64,000 nucleotides of DNA from Takakia lepidozioides (Eukaryota > Plantae > Bryophyta): assembly GCA_030704615.1 (NCBI GenBank), contig CM060731.1, positions 91,822,001 to 91,886,000 on the forward strand, given 5' to 3'. Below, piece by piece: positions 1 to 12,742 of the stretch; position 1 is the first letter of the stretch, and every line of letters starts with the position of its first letter. A model generated the notes under the pieces. The model saw only the letters and a program-made list of their open reading frames with translations. It was not told the origin of the DNA and ran no database searches. A program made the position numbers and the translations under genes.

Positions 1-1694
1 AATGAGAGTTTCTTGGCGCTTTGGATGGACGGGCAGCCAAGTTGGCATACTGAAGACCATGGAGGGTCTGAAGGGCAGAGCACTGAAGAGGCGACTGTCG
101 AAGAGCCTTCCGACACCCCAGGATTTCAGAATATGGTCTCGTTCTTTGAGAGGGTGTGTGCAGACAAGATTGTAGGAGGGGCGGAAATGCCACCGAGTGG
201 TCTTGCGATATGATCATCTTGGATATTCCGGACGGAGAGCCTGTGGAAGGACTGTAAGCTTTGCCATCTTGGAACAGGTACTCGGAGGACTTTTGAAAGA
301 AAGGATTCGGGCTTGCCCGCATGGTGTTGGACGACAGAGGCTGTGTGGTTGTCCTGGCGAGCAGAGGAAAAAACACTCAGACAGGAAATTGCGAAGTGGA
401 CCCGCAAGAGCGCCGTCCCGATTCTGAAAAAGAAGTGGACGTGCATCAACACACTGGGCCTTCGGTCAGAAGGGAAGAAGGTGATTACGACACTGGCACT
501 CGTCCATTCATTGCTTGGGTGTTTTCAAATGCGGTGCCACATTCGGTTTCTAATCGTTCCCCCCCTGTGTATGCAGACGAAGCAGCTCGATGCATACTGC
601 TTTGTGAAGGAGAACTCCACCTTTGCTTTCCGGAAGGAGGGAGGAAAGGTTGACCCGAACTGCGACCCCCTCGATTACGACGTTCGTTCAACAACGTTCC
701 CAAGGAACTTCTCCCTCATAGCCTCACTTCACGGAAACCCCTGCGGTACTCACGGACTCGACGCCCTGCCTTCATTCAGACAATTATGGAGACATGCACA
801 ACGTGGAGGGCACAGTGCTCGACCTCATCTGTGGGACAGGTATGCAGAATCTTGATCTATGCTGTTCTGCAAATTCTCGTTAGGATGTAGTTCGCAACAT
901 CTGAGCGCATGTGGTAATGTGTGGATGGCATTGTAACATGTGCCTCATGTGGGCTGGGCGGTTTTCCGACTGGCACCTCTTTGCCTACGAGGAGGATTCA
1001 TCCGTGTGGGATCCATCTGAAGGGCTGCAACGGAATGTTAAGGCTCCAACAGAGCGGAAGTCTCCTCGGATTCATCGGAGTCCGAGGAAGCACAGTGGAC
1101 ATTGATGCGGCGGAGAACCCGAATACGAGTGAGTGCAAACATTGTAAGTTTGCAAAGCCTTCTGGGTCATTTTGTCAAACGAATTTCTCGATTGTGGTTC
1201 TCATTAGTCTCGTTGATGATTGTCATGTGCAGGATTGCAGGGTCCGGGTCGAAACATGTAGGGCCTACACTTCCTGCAGGAAGAATGTCCCGTCTTTGCG
1301 AGGGCCGACTTCATGACGAGCCCGGTGAGGGACTACTCCCTTCCTAGTTATGCAGCTAAACTCGCAAATACAGCGATTAGAAGAAGTGAGAATCCCAGTA
1401 AATAGAGCAGATTTTGGAGAGGGCTAGGGGACAAAGGATAAGGAAAGAGTTGGCAATCACCTCAGACAGGTAGACGGGTACGAAAGTACATATGTGATTC
1501 AGCGGATGAGGAGCGGCAGGACGGGAGGAGAGCGACCCAACGGAGGTGAGATGGACAGTTCCGCAAGGGAAGATGGGATTTTCGAAAGCCTGGCCAACGA
1601 GCAGTCCGCTGGAGATGAGAAAGGCACTGAGGGGGTGGAGGCGGAGCAGGACAGTCTAGAACAGGATGAGGATTCGGATGATTTTCAAGATTAA
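1..1694 (+). pseudogene. 3' part of ParB-MTase-family gene of element A, copy 1 (many 1-bp indels)
   Basis: Same sequence as 9866-11579 (DMIILDIPDG, LDLICGTG, EVRWTVP motifs) with numerous single-base deletions. Confidence 0.8.
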
Positions 1695-1824
1695 GAATTT
1701 TATAGTCTCTGTAAATTAAATTCTCTCCAGAGTATATAAAGGAAAATCTCCCCGACATTCGTGACCCCTCTCCAGTGTGCATTCCAGCCACACAATCGCC
1801 CAAACCACGACGCTCCCAAAATCA

Positions 1825-2545
1825 GAAATGGGCACCGCATTTCCAAAACAGGGGAGGGACTAAATTTTCCATTTCAATGTTGGCATAGTAAAAAGTAATC
1901 GGCCGATTGGAAATGCGGTGCCGCATTTCCAAAATTTCCTTTTGTCCACACGCCAGTTTTTGGCTTCTCCCGCTCATTGCATGGATGCCACCACGCTTAC
2001 AGAGGTCGAACAAGGAGGTCGAACAAGGAGGTCCAGATGGCGGAATTGGAAATGCGGTACCGCATTTCCATATTGGGGATGGTCGTTGTTTGAACTGCAG
2101 GCCCATCAGCAAAAATTGGCACCGCATTCCATTGTCAAAAAAAAGTCGATGACGGACATGGAAATGCGGCGCCGCATTTCCAGAACGGACATCGCAATTT
2201 GTCCATTTGCAGACCCTCTCACGGAAATGCGGTAACGCATTCCATCGAGCTGGTCGGAAATGGGTGCACTTTTCGAAGTGTTGGACGGAAATGCGGCACC
2301 GCATTCCCTTGTCCAAAAAGAAGTTTCCATTGCCAAGCTGGAAATGCGTCGCCGCATTTGCAATGCCAACCTCGTTGTCTGTCCAATTTATAGACCCGTG
2401 TTGGTATTTCGTGTACCTGGACGGAAATGATGCACCGCATTCCATTGTCCGACACTGAAATGCGGTTCATACATTTCCATGTCGGCATGGAAATGCGGCG
2501 CCGCATTCCAATGTCCGACATGGAAATGCGGTGCCGCATTTCGAT
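1825..2545. repeat. Array of ~13 copies of 22-bp palindrome GGAAATGCGGCGCCGCATTTCC
   Basis: Perfect copy at ~2160-2180. Degenerate copies at irregular ~30-140 bp spacing. Confidence 0.95.
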
Positions 2546-2798
2546 GCCGACATGGCGTTACTCTGGTATATTCTTGGCACATGACTCTCATACCGGTTAC
2601 TCTGGTATATTCATCCGGACAGACAAATTGTAGAAATGAGACATCAAATTGTAAACAGTGGGCCAATTCCGACAGTTATTCAACAGAATGAAACACAATC
2701 ATACAGAAGTGAGGTACGATGGGTTTATTGATCGGACACGATGTCTCACATTTACCAACTGCAGACAAAACTAAGCCCTTCCTCCTTCTACATGGGCT

Positions 2799-3500
2799 TC
2801 ACCAAGTCGACGGAACTTCGATACCCCTCAAAACAAGCTCATCACTGTTGCGGCACCTCGAGGTAAACTGCAATTCGGTCGTTCTGCTGCCCTTGCTGGA
2901 GCCGATGACAATGTCATGTCCATCAATGATACCACCATCATACATTGACAAGGTCACTGTGGGCCTCATGTGCCCATGCGATTCGTCTTCGCAACTCAGC
3001 CGAATGTCTCCATACACTGGAAGAGCGGAGTGATCTGCACGTATATAGTTTTCCCCGGTGCCGTCCTCCCTGGTCCACTGGCAGCAGTTCCAGCGCCAAA
3101 GCGAGGCCGTGCGTGATCTGTCCGGCATCCCTTTCTAGCTTGGTATATCGAGGTCAACAATTTTCAGGACCCACGGACCGCATTGACCCTCGCCCTCACC
3201 TCGCTCAAAGCGGTAATAGCCCTCCAGATACTCCATTGCGCGCAAAGACTCTTGCTTGATTCCAGCAGCGTCTGTGAAAACAGAGAGCCAGACAATGATG
3301 TCTCCTGATTCTGGTTTGAACATAGCATAATCGTGGCCATGATAAGGGCAGTCGGCTGGATTTCGGCGGCACGACATCCTTGAAAAAGAGTAGCGGAGTA
3401 CGCTCAATGACAGCAGCTCCCGGATGGAGGAGGAGCAGCGCGGTGGCTGGAAAAAGTTCAAGCTAACGCTGCAATTCCTCACAAACACTCCATGGCACAT
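2799..3500 (-). pseudogene. Unknown TE cargo protein, paralog 1 (one in-frame stop at 3135)
   Basis: ORFs 3135-3500 and 2799-3128 are in frame. They align along their length with the protein of 3661-4491 (DCP..DYAM..SGDI, LRWNCC.W, YGDIR, DGG.I.G.DIV, ELVLR.EVP). Confidence 0.75.
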
Positions 3501-3660
3501 TTAAATTTCCCCCCTACAGGATCCTGGACCGATGAAGATTGGCTGCTGCATGAATGTAGCCGTTTCAGTTTCCTACCCTGCCATGCAAACTATGGGCAGT
3601 CACTGCCAGGTGGGCCGATAGCCACTGGACACGACGAAGTCCATCCCCTCTTCGATGTAA

Positions 3661-4491
3661 ATGCGGCGCCGAATTTCCATCCGGGGGGATGGACTTCGGT
3701 GGCAGATCTCAAACTATAACTTGTTGATGAGAAAGATGTATGGGTTCATCCACCGCTGGCGTGATGAACACGTTCCACCTCCGTCGGTGGGTACGTGGGA
3801 CCCATATGCTCCATTATTGGAGGCCGGACTGCTCTTCCGCTTCGCATCATTTCCAAAATCTAAGGGCTTCGTAGCTGTCCGCAAGGTCATCGGCATCCAA
3901 GTCGTCCTCAGGTCCTCCTTTGCAAGGATGCCGTGCTTCCGGAACCGGGACGACTGCCCATTTGGAGGCATCGATTATGCAATGTATTCGGCCACATCGG
4001 GAGACATTGTTATCTGGTACACAGATTACAGAGAAGATACTGGTTCGATTGTGGAAACATTGGTGGCTTTTGAGTATATCCTAGGCCACTACGCCTTCGA
4101 GCAGGGTGACGATCTTGGTCTGAGGAGTCCGTGGCTCCTGCGCATCCTCGATTCCGATTTTCCCAGCTACGATGGTCACCCATGCAGAAGAAGGCGCACT
4201 GCTATGCTGTTGCGGTGGAACTGCTGCCACTGGACATGGGTGGACTCCATCGGAGAGACCTATTCTCCTGAAGGAGTGCGCTCCTCTTCTCCATTGTATG
4301 GGGACATTCGCATTGGTGTGGACGACGAAAACGTGAAGATTTCCATATTCGATGGTGGTATGATTGAAGGGCAGGACATTGTGGTGAACATCACTAGGGG
4401 CGGTACAACGGCTGCAATCGACTTTACCTGGAGGAGCCCCATGACTCATGAGCTAGTTCTGAGAGCAGTCGAAGTCCCATTGACAACGTGA
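3661..4491 (+). CDS. Unknown TE cargo protein, paralog 2 (276 aa; may extend to 3492 across a 1-nt frameshift near 3711)
   Basis: Long ORF whose homology to the divergently oriented paralog supports coding status. Family not recognised. Confidence 0.7.
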   Translation: MRRRISIRGDGLRWQISNYNLLMRKMYGFIHRWRDEHVPPPSVGTWDPYAPLLEAGLLFRFASFPKSKGFVAVRKVIGIQVVLRSSFARMPCFRNRDDCPFGGIDYAMYSATSGDIVIWYTDYREDTGSIVETLVAFEYILGHYAFEQGDDLGLRSPWLLRILDSDFPSYDGHPCRRRRTAMLLRWNCCHWTWVDSIGETYSPEGVRSSSPLYGDIRIGVDDENVKISIFDGGMIEGQDIVVNITRGGTTAAIDFTWRSPMTHELVLRAVEVPLTT

Positions 4492-5149
4492 CTTGTATTC
4501 AGTAGGCACAGGGCTAAAGATTTGATTGCACAATCAGCACAGTAGACGTGCTTCAAATGCAATTCATGTGGATCAATAAAAACCTCATTGTGCCCTCTTT
4601 TTATTCTATTCTGTGTCCATCGTTCCGAGAATGCGTCATTGCTCATTTCGTTTGGGATTGGGAGTGTGGGTGGATTTTGCAAGTGGCTGGTAGGCTGAAA
4701 TGGGCCCCCATTGTACAGAGCAGTACCACCCTACCATTCGCGAAACATTGCCTTTCAATATATAATTCTAAATAACATTGCCGAACCTCCTTCATCGGGA
4801 GGTCCTTCTCCCCCTATGACCGTGGCACCCTAAACCCTATTCCCGCGGACACTCATTTCCGGAAAATAGTGCTGCTCATGTTTTTTTCCACACTTACGAC
4901 TCTGCTCATGGCTCATGGCTCATGAAATAGCAGCCCCCTTTGAGAGGGAGAGAGAGAGGGTTGGGAAACTAGGTGACATGAGGGCAGATATACAAGCTTG
5001 CCCTTTGGTGATGGCTATGCGCGCGGGTTTTGTGAATTGTTTGAAGGGAGTTCGTACCAAACATCATCATATGTTGGTGTCTCCCCTCAATATGCATGAC
5101 CATTGATTGACCACAGTGATTTGCACGGGCTTCGCCTACTACCAACAGT

Positions 5150-5664
5150 CTCTTGCAAACGTGGAAGAACAAGAGTCATTGAATGCCACCATCGACACCT
5201 TCAATGGTATGTAAACTATTTTTGAGCTCATCATCAATTCATGTGTTGGTGTTGATTGATCATTTATTTAGGCTCATAATTTGTTTGTTAGTTATATCTT
5301 GACTTTTTGTGTCTATAGAGGACGGTTGGGAGGATGGCGTGGATGATCGAGCAGGCGCGCTTGGGCTTCTCCTCAAAGCCAACGATTACTTATATGCGAA
5401 GCTTTTGTGGGAAAACAAAGAAGAGTGGATGAAAGAAATGAGAGGACTAAAAGTAGGATGCACCCTCACAAAGTGCGTGAGGCACAGGAGCGGGCTAGAA
5501 AGAGAGTGCATGAGGAAGAAGGAACAGAAGAGGTAGAATGGGAGTTTTCCCCGGAAGAGAGAAATACAAGAGGAGATAAAGGAGGAAAAAAAGGAAAACG
5601 AGGAAGGGGAGGAAAACGAGCAAGGGGAGGAAGTTCAAGAGGAAAGAGTTCCAAGAAAGTTTAG
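5150..5664 (+). pseudogene. Two-exon gene fragment of unknown function (also at 15094-15608)
   Basis: ..ESLNATIDTFN G|gtatgt...tatag|EDGWEDGVDDRAGALGLLLKANDYLYAKLLWE, then a frameshifted charged tail. Convergent with the MULE C transposase. Confidence 0.3.
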
Positions 5665-5809
5665 ATGATGAGACATTTCTTTGTGAACAGACACGTGATA
5701 CTCAAATCAATTCCACAAATGTTTGAATGTATAATGTAATATATTTAGGTCTTATGTGGTTGTACATAAATATAACTACATATGTATAATAATATGATTA
5801 CACATTCTG

Positions 5810-6111
5810 CCATACACATAATAAAAAATGTATATAACTTAGTTTGGAAGTGTTATATAAGTTTAGTTAATATTGTCTGAAGATTCCATGGTTTGGATCA
5901 TATTTATAAAAGTGTATGGCTCTTCTTCATATTCATTGACACTTACACTTGCTATGTTTACACATCCCACCATACACATAAAAGAAAATGTATATAAATT
6001 AGTTTGGAAGTGTTGTATAAGTTAGTCAATATTGTCTCAAGCTTCCATGGTTTGGGTCATATTCATAAAAGTGTATGGTTCCTCTTCATGTTCATTGACA
6101 CTTACACTTGC
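5810..6111. repeat. Two-copy ~160-bp AT-rich tandem repeat (also 15754-16055)
   Basis: ccatacacata...agtttggaagtgtt...ttcattgacacttacacttgc occurs twice. Confidence 0.85.
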
Positions 6112-6441
6112 AGTCATCTTCAGATTTATGGCCCTATGTAGCTTGGATATGACACTTTCATGGACCGATACATACATCTTCCATCCATAATGAATCGCAT
6201 TTTTAGAGATATATGGCCCACATGATCAACTATTGAGCTACATATATATATATATAATGAGGAGAAAGAAGATGTACAAACAAAAATGTGCAAGGCAAAA
6301 CGTTAATCATATGTAGATGGTCATTTCTTGCGAGTTGTTGATAGTGAATATCAACATACAATGAAGTGCAAAAAATAATGTCACTTCAAATATGTGATCA
6401 TGTAACATTTGCCAAAACATTAAATGAAAGTGTAGTCATGT

Positions 6442-9146
6442 TTATCTCACCGGCAAAGTAAGGTCACAATTTCGACATGATACGGTCACATCGCCCTTTT
6501 CAACTCGTGTATTTGTGAAACACACGGTACATTTCACTTTGGGAATTTTTGGAATAATCATACGTTTTTGCGTAGACCGTGATATTATCATATGCGATGG
6601 TCGTTTAGCTTCCGGACGAGCTTGATCAACTACATCATTTTGTATTGCAGCGCGCTTCTTGGAATTGCCATGGCCCATTCGTGTCCTCCTCACATTTTCT
6701 TGTATAGCATGTATAGAACCCTTGGAGGGGAGCGATATTGTAGAAAGTCGATCGAAAGTGAAAGGTTTGGCAAGGGACGTAGTACACTCTTTTATCACCT
6801 CCATTTTACATATCAATTCTTCATCACAATAATCCTCAATTCGACTTCGTAGGTTGACAAGCTCCAACTCCAAATCATCAATGAGTTGAAGGACTTTGGG
6901 TGCAATATGACACTCACTTGTTGTCTCCATATTAGACATTTCTTCGTCCACGTGACATTGGTACGTCTCATCATCCGCCATGGCCTTATTCGTCAATTTG
7001 GAAGTTGGAAAACATTCATTTGTGTTGGAATTCGATAAATATGTCTTTGCTATCAATTGAACTCCAATGATATGTTTACATGAGCTGTACATAGACGGAC
7101 AATCACAATAGTGAGAACTCAAGGACGCGTTGTACCAATGGTTTGTTGAATTTTCACTTGTCACTTGAAATAATAATAGAGCTTGATCCACCACTTTGAT
7201 GACTCCATTTGGATTTGAGTTGTATGAGTCAAATAACCGTTGACCGCCCGCCAGTCGATGACGATGAAATTTGTCATTTGCCCTTCTTGCAAATCTTCCG
7301 GAATCATCTACAATCCATGATATGCAAACATTTAGATGAAAAATGGTGAAAGTAAAAATAAAAATAAACAACACTAGTAAATTGAACAACACTTAAACAT
7401 ATTGCCATATATTTCGGATCATTCTTACCCATAGCTTGACATTGCTTGAAATAAGCTCTCAATGTTGGTCCACCTATGCGTGTGCCATCAGCGGCACTCC
7501 CAATGATTGCCACAATGAGGTCTCGAATGGATCGATTGACTTTGCCTCCAAGTAACGTATATTTTATCCATTCCCAATGGCGTTCCACATGATTGGTCGT
7601 GTCCATCCCTCCATACGCAAATAGTCTTCCAAATGTTGGCCACATCTTTCTCCAAACAAGTCCTTCATTAGCCCAACCGGTTCGTATTTATTCTTCCGCC
7701 CCTTGCAAATGCTTGAAATCATTGTAAAACTTCTCCAAGTTCGCATCAAACATAGCCTCATTGGCACAAAACATTAGTTCGTGCAAACGATGTCACAACG
7801 TCGTCCTTTCTTCGAGGGAACACGAGGTAATAGGTTTTCACTCCATGCTTTCATGACATGGAAACGACATAAGACTACTCTTCCCGCAACTTGTTCTTTG
7901 CCAAATAATCCCATCTTTCCAACAGTATGGATCAGCCCCCACAACCGCATTAATGGAATTGACATTTGTCTTGCATTTGTTTATGACAATGGCTGAAGGT
8001 CTCACGTTCCCAATATTGGAAAACACACTTTTTAAGGCAAGCTCTATCGTCATCCCTTCTTGTCCACTATCTTTGTCTTTGGAACATTGGCATGCCACGA
8101 CCCATTTGATTTGGGACAACGGCGGCATACAATGGAAGGTCATATAGATTTGTTTTGAAAGTAGAATCAAATGCCCATGATTGTCCACTAGAAAATCTTC
8201 TAGCATTAGTCGCCACAAAATCGTCTTGTATAACCGCAACAAATGGCCTTTTCCTTGGGTCGCGATGAGTGGGACAATAAGGTTGATAAAAAAATAACCT
8301 TCCTTTGTTGTTGAAGTCTAGATACTTCTACTTGAGCAGCATCCCAATCGTTGGCACACAATGCATCTACCACAATCCACATTATAAACATCCATTATAA
8401 ACATGCGAGACTCGATCGAAATATCAATTATTATGTAGGTATAAACAAATCATTCGAGCAAGAAACTTATCATTCAACCGCATTGAATAAGCCAATTGCT
8501 CCACTTCTTTAGGAATGAGGAAAAACCGGTATGTAGCATGCTCCAAGTCGGAAACCATAGCTTGAATGTATTGGTCATCCCTCGTACTTGCAAGCGCAAC
8601 CGTTGAAGTTGATACCATTCGAGTCAATTTCTCCATTGCAAAAGCAATTACATTAGCACCGGTAGAAAAAACTTGTCACCTTCAGACCCGGGACGATGTC
8701 CACTATGCTTATTATGAACATATATAGTAACTGGTTCTTCAAGATTGGTCTTCTCACTGTCCATTTCTTCTTGTAAACGAATCACAACTTTAAGAAGAAA
8801 CTCGCAATTGCATTTTTTTGATATTCTTGCCCGTCTATCATGTGACGTGTCTTGTGGGGCGTTCTTGTTCCATTTTCAATTGCGTTTTCTTCCACTTCGA
8901 TGACATTGAAATACCATAATGCGTTTCATCTCACGTGTCTTTGCATACTTCACACGTGTCGACACACCATGTTTCGTGCAAATTTCATCAAGGGTCATCT
9001 CCAAAGACTCTTGGGAAACATTGTAAACCTCGTCCCAAAACGACTTGTTACACACATTACATGATGTAATACATTGTTTGACAAATGATGGTGGAATACC
9101 ACCTTGTCTTCTATCACTGCTCCAAGTATTCTTTACTGTAGCAAGC
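6442..9146 (-). pseudogene. MULE-type transposase pseudogene (element C), 5'-truncated by the duplication junction
   Basis: RPSAIVINK, VVLCRFHVMKAW (CxxH), DTTNHVERHW (catalytic E), SWIM finger YCDCPSMYSSCKHIIGV, C-terminal CxxC-x-CxxC. Multiple frameshifts. Confidence 0.88.
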
Positions 9147-9228
9147 TCATTCGCATTTTATGTTTTCGGTGGTACTCTGTGAGTAGGTTCGTCCAATCTT
9201 ATGCTCACGCATGCTGACTGCCCTGCAG

Positions 9229-11579
9229 GTATATGAAATACGTGCTCCTTCAGACAGGGGCCCTGGCTCAAGAGCCCCCGTTCTTCATGGCTTGGACCGT
9301 GGCGGGCCCAAGCTGTGTCTACACACCTGAGATGCAGAAACAATGGCATCCCGCGCATCTTGTTGGATGCCCCTGGTACCTGGATATGTCTGGCGGTATT
9401 GTTGACGAGTCTGAGAAAGATCTGCACGCCTTGGCAGAAGAGAAGAGAAAGGAAAGACGTGTCCCTGCTGGGCCAAAGTCGGCAAAGGAATCTGCTGCTC
9501 TGGAAGAATCCAGAAAGGCAGCTGAGATGGCACAAAAGACGGTGGATGCAGCTGTGCAGGCCCAACAGAAGGGGTCGAAGAAGAGGACTCGCCAGCAAGG
9601 AGCAGCTGTTGTGACACCCGCCAAAACGAAGAAGCAGAAACAGCCTGTTCAGGAAGAGGGTGAGGAAGAGGACTCCGATGGAGACTTTGCAACCAGCCCA
9701 CCCCCCCAAACGCAGGCTGCCTCCCCTGTGCCCACCGTTGTCATGAGAGGCACGAGAACTGGCTCGGCAAAGAAGGCACTCTTCAACCCCCCAGGGGGGC
9801 ACCCTTTCGAGCCGGTGGAAATGAAGAGGCCGAAAGTGGCTCCCGAAACAGTAGTCCAGTGTGTAAATGAGAGTTTCTTGGCGGCTTTGGATGGACGGGC
9901 AGCCAAGTTGGCATACATGAAGACCATGGAGGGTCTGAAGGGCAGAGCACTGAAGACGGCGACTGTCGAAGAGCCTTCCGACACCCCAGGATTTCAGAAT
10001 ATGGTCTCGTTCTTTGAGAGGGTGTGTGCAGACAAGGATTGTAGGAGGGGCGGAAATGCCACCGAGTGGTCTTGCGATATGATCATCTTGGATATTCCGG
10101 ACGGAGAGCCTGTGGAAGGACTGTAAGCTTTGCCATCTTGGAACAGGTACTCGGAGGACTTTTGAAAGAAAGGATTCGGGCTTGCCCGCATGGTGTTGGA
10201 CGACAGAGGCTGTGTGGTTGTCCTGGCGAGCAGAGGAAAAAACACTCAGACAGGAATTGCGAAGTGGACCCGCAAGAGCGCCGTCCCGATTCTGAAAAAG
10301 AAGTGGACGTGCATCAACACACTGGGCCTTCGGTCAGAAGGGAAGAAGGTGATTACGACACTGGCACTCGTCCATTCATTTGCTTGGGTGTTTTCAAATG
10401 CGGTGCCACATTCGGTTTCTAATCGTTCCCCCCTGTGTATGCAGACGAAGCAGCTCGATGCATACTGCTTTGTGAAGGAGAACTCCACCTTTGCTTTCCG
10501 GAAGGAGGGAGGAAAGGTTGACCCGAACTGCGACCCCCTCGATTACGACGTTCTGTTCAACAACGTTCCCAAGGAACTTCTCCCTCATAGCCTCACTTCA
10601 ACGGAACCCCTGCGGTACTCACGGATTCGGAGCCCTGCCTTCATTCAGACAATTATGGAGACATGCACAGACGTGGAGGGCATAGTGCTCGACCTCATCT
10701 GTGGGACAGGTATGCAGAATCTTGATCTATGCTGTTCTGCAAATTCTCGTTAGGATGTAGTTCGCAACATCTGAAGCGCCATGTGGTAATGTGTGGATGG
10801 CATTGTAACATGTGCCTCATGTGGGCTGGGCGGTTTTCCGACTGGCACCTCTTTGCCTACGAGGAGGATTCATCCGTGTGGGGATCCCATCTGGAAGGGC
10901 TGCAACGGAATGTTAAGGCTCCCAACAGAGCGGAAGTCTCCTCGGATTCATCGGAGTCCGAGGAAGACACAGTGGACATTGATGCGGCGGAGAACCCGGA
11001 ATACGAGTGAGTGCAAACATTGTAAGTTTGCAAAGCCTTCTGGGTCATTTTTGTCAAACGAATTTCTCGATTGTGGTTCTCATTAGTCTCGTTGATGATT
11101 GTCATGTGCAGGATTGCAGGGTCCGGGTCGAAACATGTAGGGCCTACACTTCCTGCCAGGAAGAATGTCCCGTTCTTTGCGAGGGCCGACTTCATGACGA
11201 GCCCGGTGAGGGATTACTCCCTTCCTAGTTATGCAGCTAAACTCGCAAATACAGCGATTAGAAGAAGTGAGAATCCCAGTAAAGTAGAGCAGATTTTGGA
11301 GAGGGCTAGGGGGACAGAAGGATAAGGAAAGAGTTGGCAGCACCTCAGACAGGTAGACGGGTACGAAAGTACATATGTGATTCAGCGGATGAGAGCGACG
11401 CAGACAGGGAGGAAGACGACCCAACGGAGGTGAGATGGACAGTTCCGCAAGGGGAAGATGGGATTTTCGAAAGCCTGGCCAACGAGCAGTCCGCTGGAGA
11501 TGAGAAAGGCACTGAGGGGGTGGAGGCGGAGCAGGACAGTCTAGAACAGGATGAGGATTCGGATGATTTTCAAGATTAA
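9229..11579 (+). pseudogene. 3' exons of ParB-MTase-family gene of element A (beta-class amino-methyltransferase fold)
   Basis: Acceptor ccctgcag|g at 9228. Motifs CDMIILDIPDG, RMVLDDRGCVVVL, SPAFIQTIMETCTDVEGIVLDLICGTG, HLFAYEED. Intron positions shared with 43649-45999. In-frame stops near 10124 (TAA) and 10163 (TGA), plus frameshifts. Confidence 0.85.
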
Positions 11580-11714
11580 TAGAATTTTAATGAAGTCTCT
11601 GTAAATGTAAATTCTCTTCCAGAGTATATAAAGGAAAATCTCCCCGACATTCGTGACCCCTCTCCAGTGTGCATTCCAGCCACACAATCGCCCAAACCAC
11701 GACGCTCCCAAAAT

Positions 11715-12490
11715 CAGAAATGGGGCACCGCATTTCCAAAATTTTGGCAACTCTAAAAACCTCTTTTGGAAATGCGGCACCGCATTTCCAAAACAGGGGA
11801 GGGACTAAATTTTCCATTTCAATGTTGGCATAGTAAAAAGTAATCGGCCGATTGGAAATGCGGTGCCGCATTTCCAAAATTTCCTTTTGTCCACACGCCA
11901 GTTTTGGCTTCTCCCGCTCATTGCATGGATGCCACCACGCTTACAGAGGTCGAACAAGGAGGTCGAACAAGGAGGTCCAGATGGCGGAATTGGAAATGCG
12001 GTACCGCATTTCCATATTGGGGATGGTCGTTGTTTGAACTGCAGGCCCATCAGCAAAAATTGGCACCGCATTCCATTGTCAAAAAAAAGTCGATGACGGA
12101 CATGGAAATGCGGCGCCGCATTTCCAGAACGGACATCGCAATTTGTCCATTTGCAGACCCTCTCACGGAAATGCGGTAACGCATTCCATCGAGCTGGTCG
12201 GAAATGGGTGCACTTTTCGAAGTGTTGGACGGAAATGCGGCACCGCATTCCCTTGTCCAAAAAGAAGTTTCCATTGCCAAGCTGGAAATGCGTCGCCGCA
12301 TTTGCAATGCCAACCTCGTTGTCTGTCCAATTTATAGACCCGTGTTGGTATTTCGTGTACCTGGACGGAAATGATGCACCGCATTCCATTGTCCGACACT
12401 GAAATGCGGTTCATACATTTCCATGTCGGCATGGAAATGCGGCGCCGCATTCCAATGTCCGACATGGAAATGCGGTGCCGCATTTCGATG
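11715..12490. repeat. Array of ~14 copies of palindrome GGAAATGCGGCGCCGCATTTCC (duplicate copy)
   Basis: Copies at ~11717, 11768, 11854, 11992, 12104 (perfect), 12167, 12231, 12284, 12367, 12433, 12466. Confidence 0.95.
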
Positions 12491-12742
12491 CCGACATGGC
12501 GTTACTCTGGTATATTCTTGGCACATGACTCTCATACCGGTTACTCTGGTATATTCATCTGGACAGACAAATTGTAGAAATGAGACATCAAATTGTAAAC
12601 AGTGGGCCAATTCCGACAGTTATTCAACAGAATGAAACACAATCATACAGAAGTGAGGTACGATGGGTTTATTGATCGGACACGATGTCTCACATTTACC
12701 AACTGCAGACAAAACTAAGCCCTTCCTCCTTCTACATGGGCT

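Larger units (their letters stand above)
1..4938. mobile_element. Right part of Mutator-like element A (sister of the 33994-46235 element), copy 1
   Basis: Ends in gctcatgaaatagcagccccc, identical to the right terminus at 46215-46235. Carries a homologous MTase gene and a palindrome array. Confidence 0.88.
1..9146. repeat. Tandem segmental duplication, copy 1 (left part outside window)
   Basis: Matches 9866-19090. Offset is a constant 9944 bp from ~1950 onward (ORF 3661 vs 13605, 6442 vs 16386). Ends at ...tgtagcaagc (9146 = 19090). Confidence 0.97.

Noticed and set aside
1-1950. Accelerated divergence of duplication copy 1
   Set aside because: Differences are mostly single-base deletions concentrated at the window start, typical of low-coverage long-read consensus error.
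1822-2691. Many overlapping ORFs with MRRRIS / WKCGAAF / KFGAEF peptides (also 11800-12600, 34100-34780, 38500-39970)
   Set aside because: They are translations of the palindromic repeats in all frames, with no independent coding evidence.
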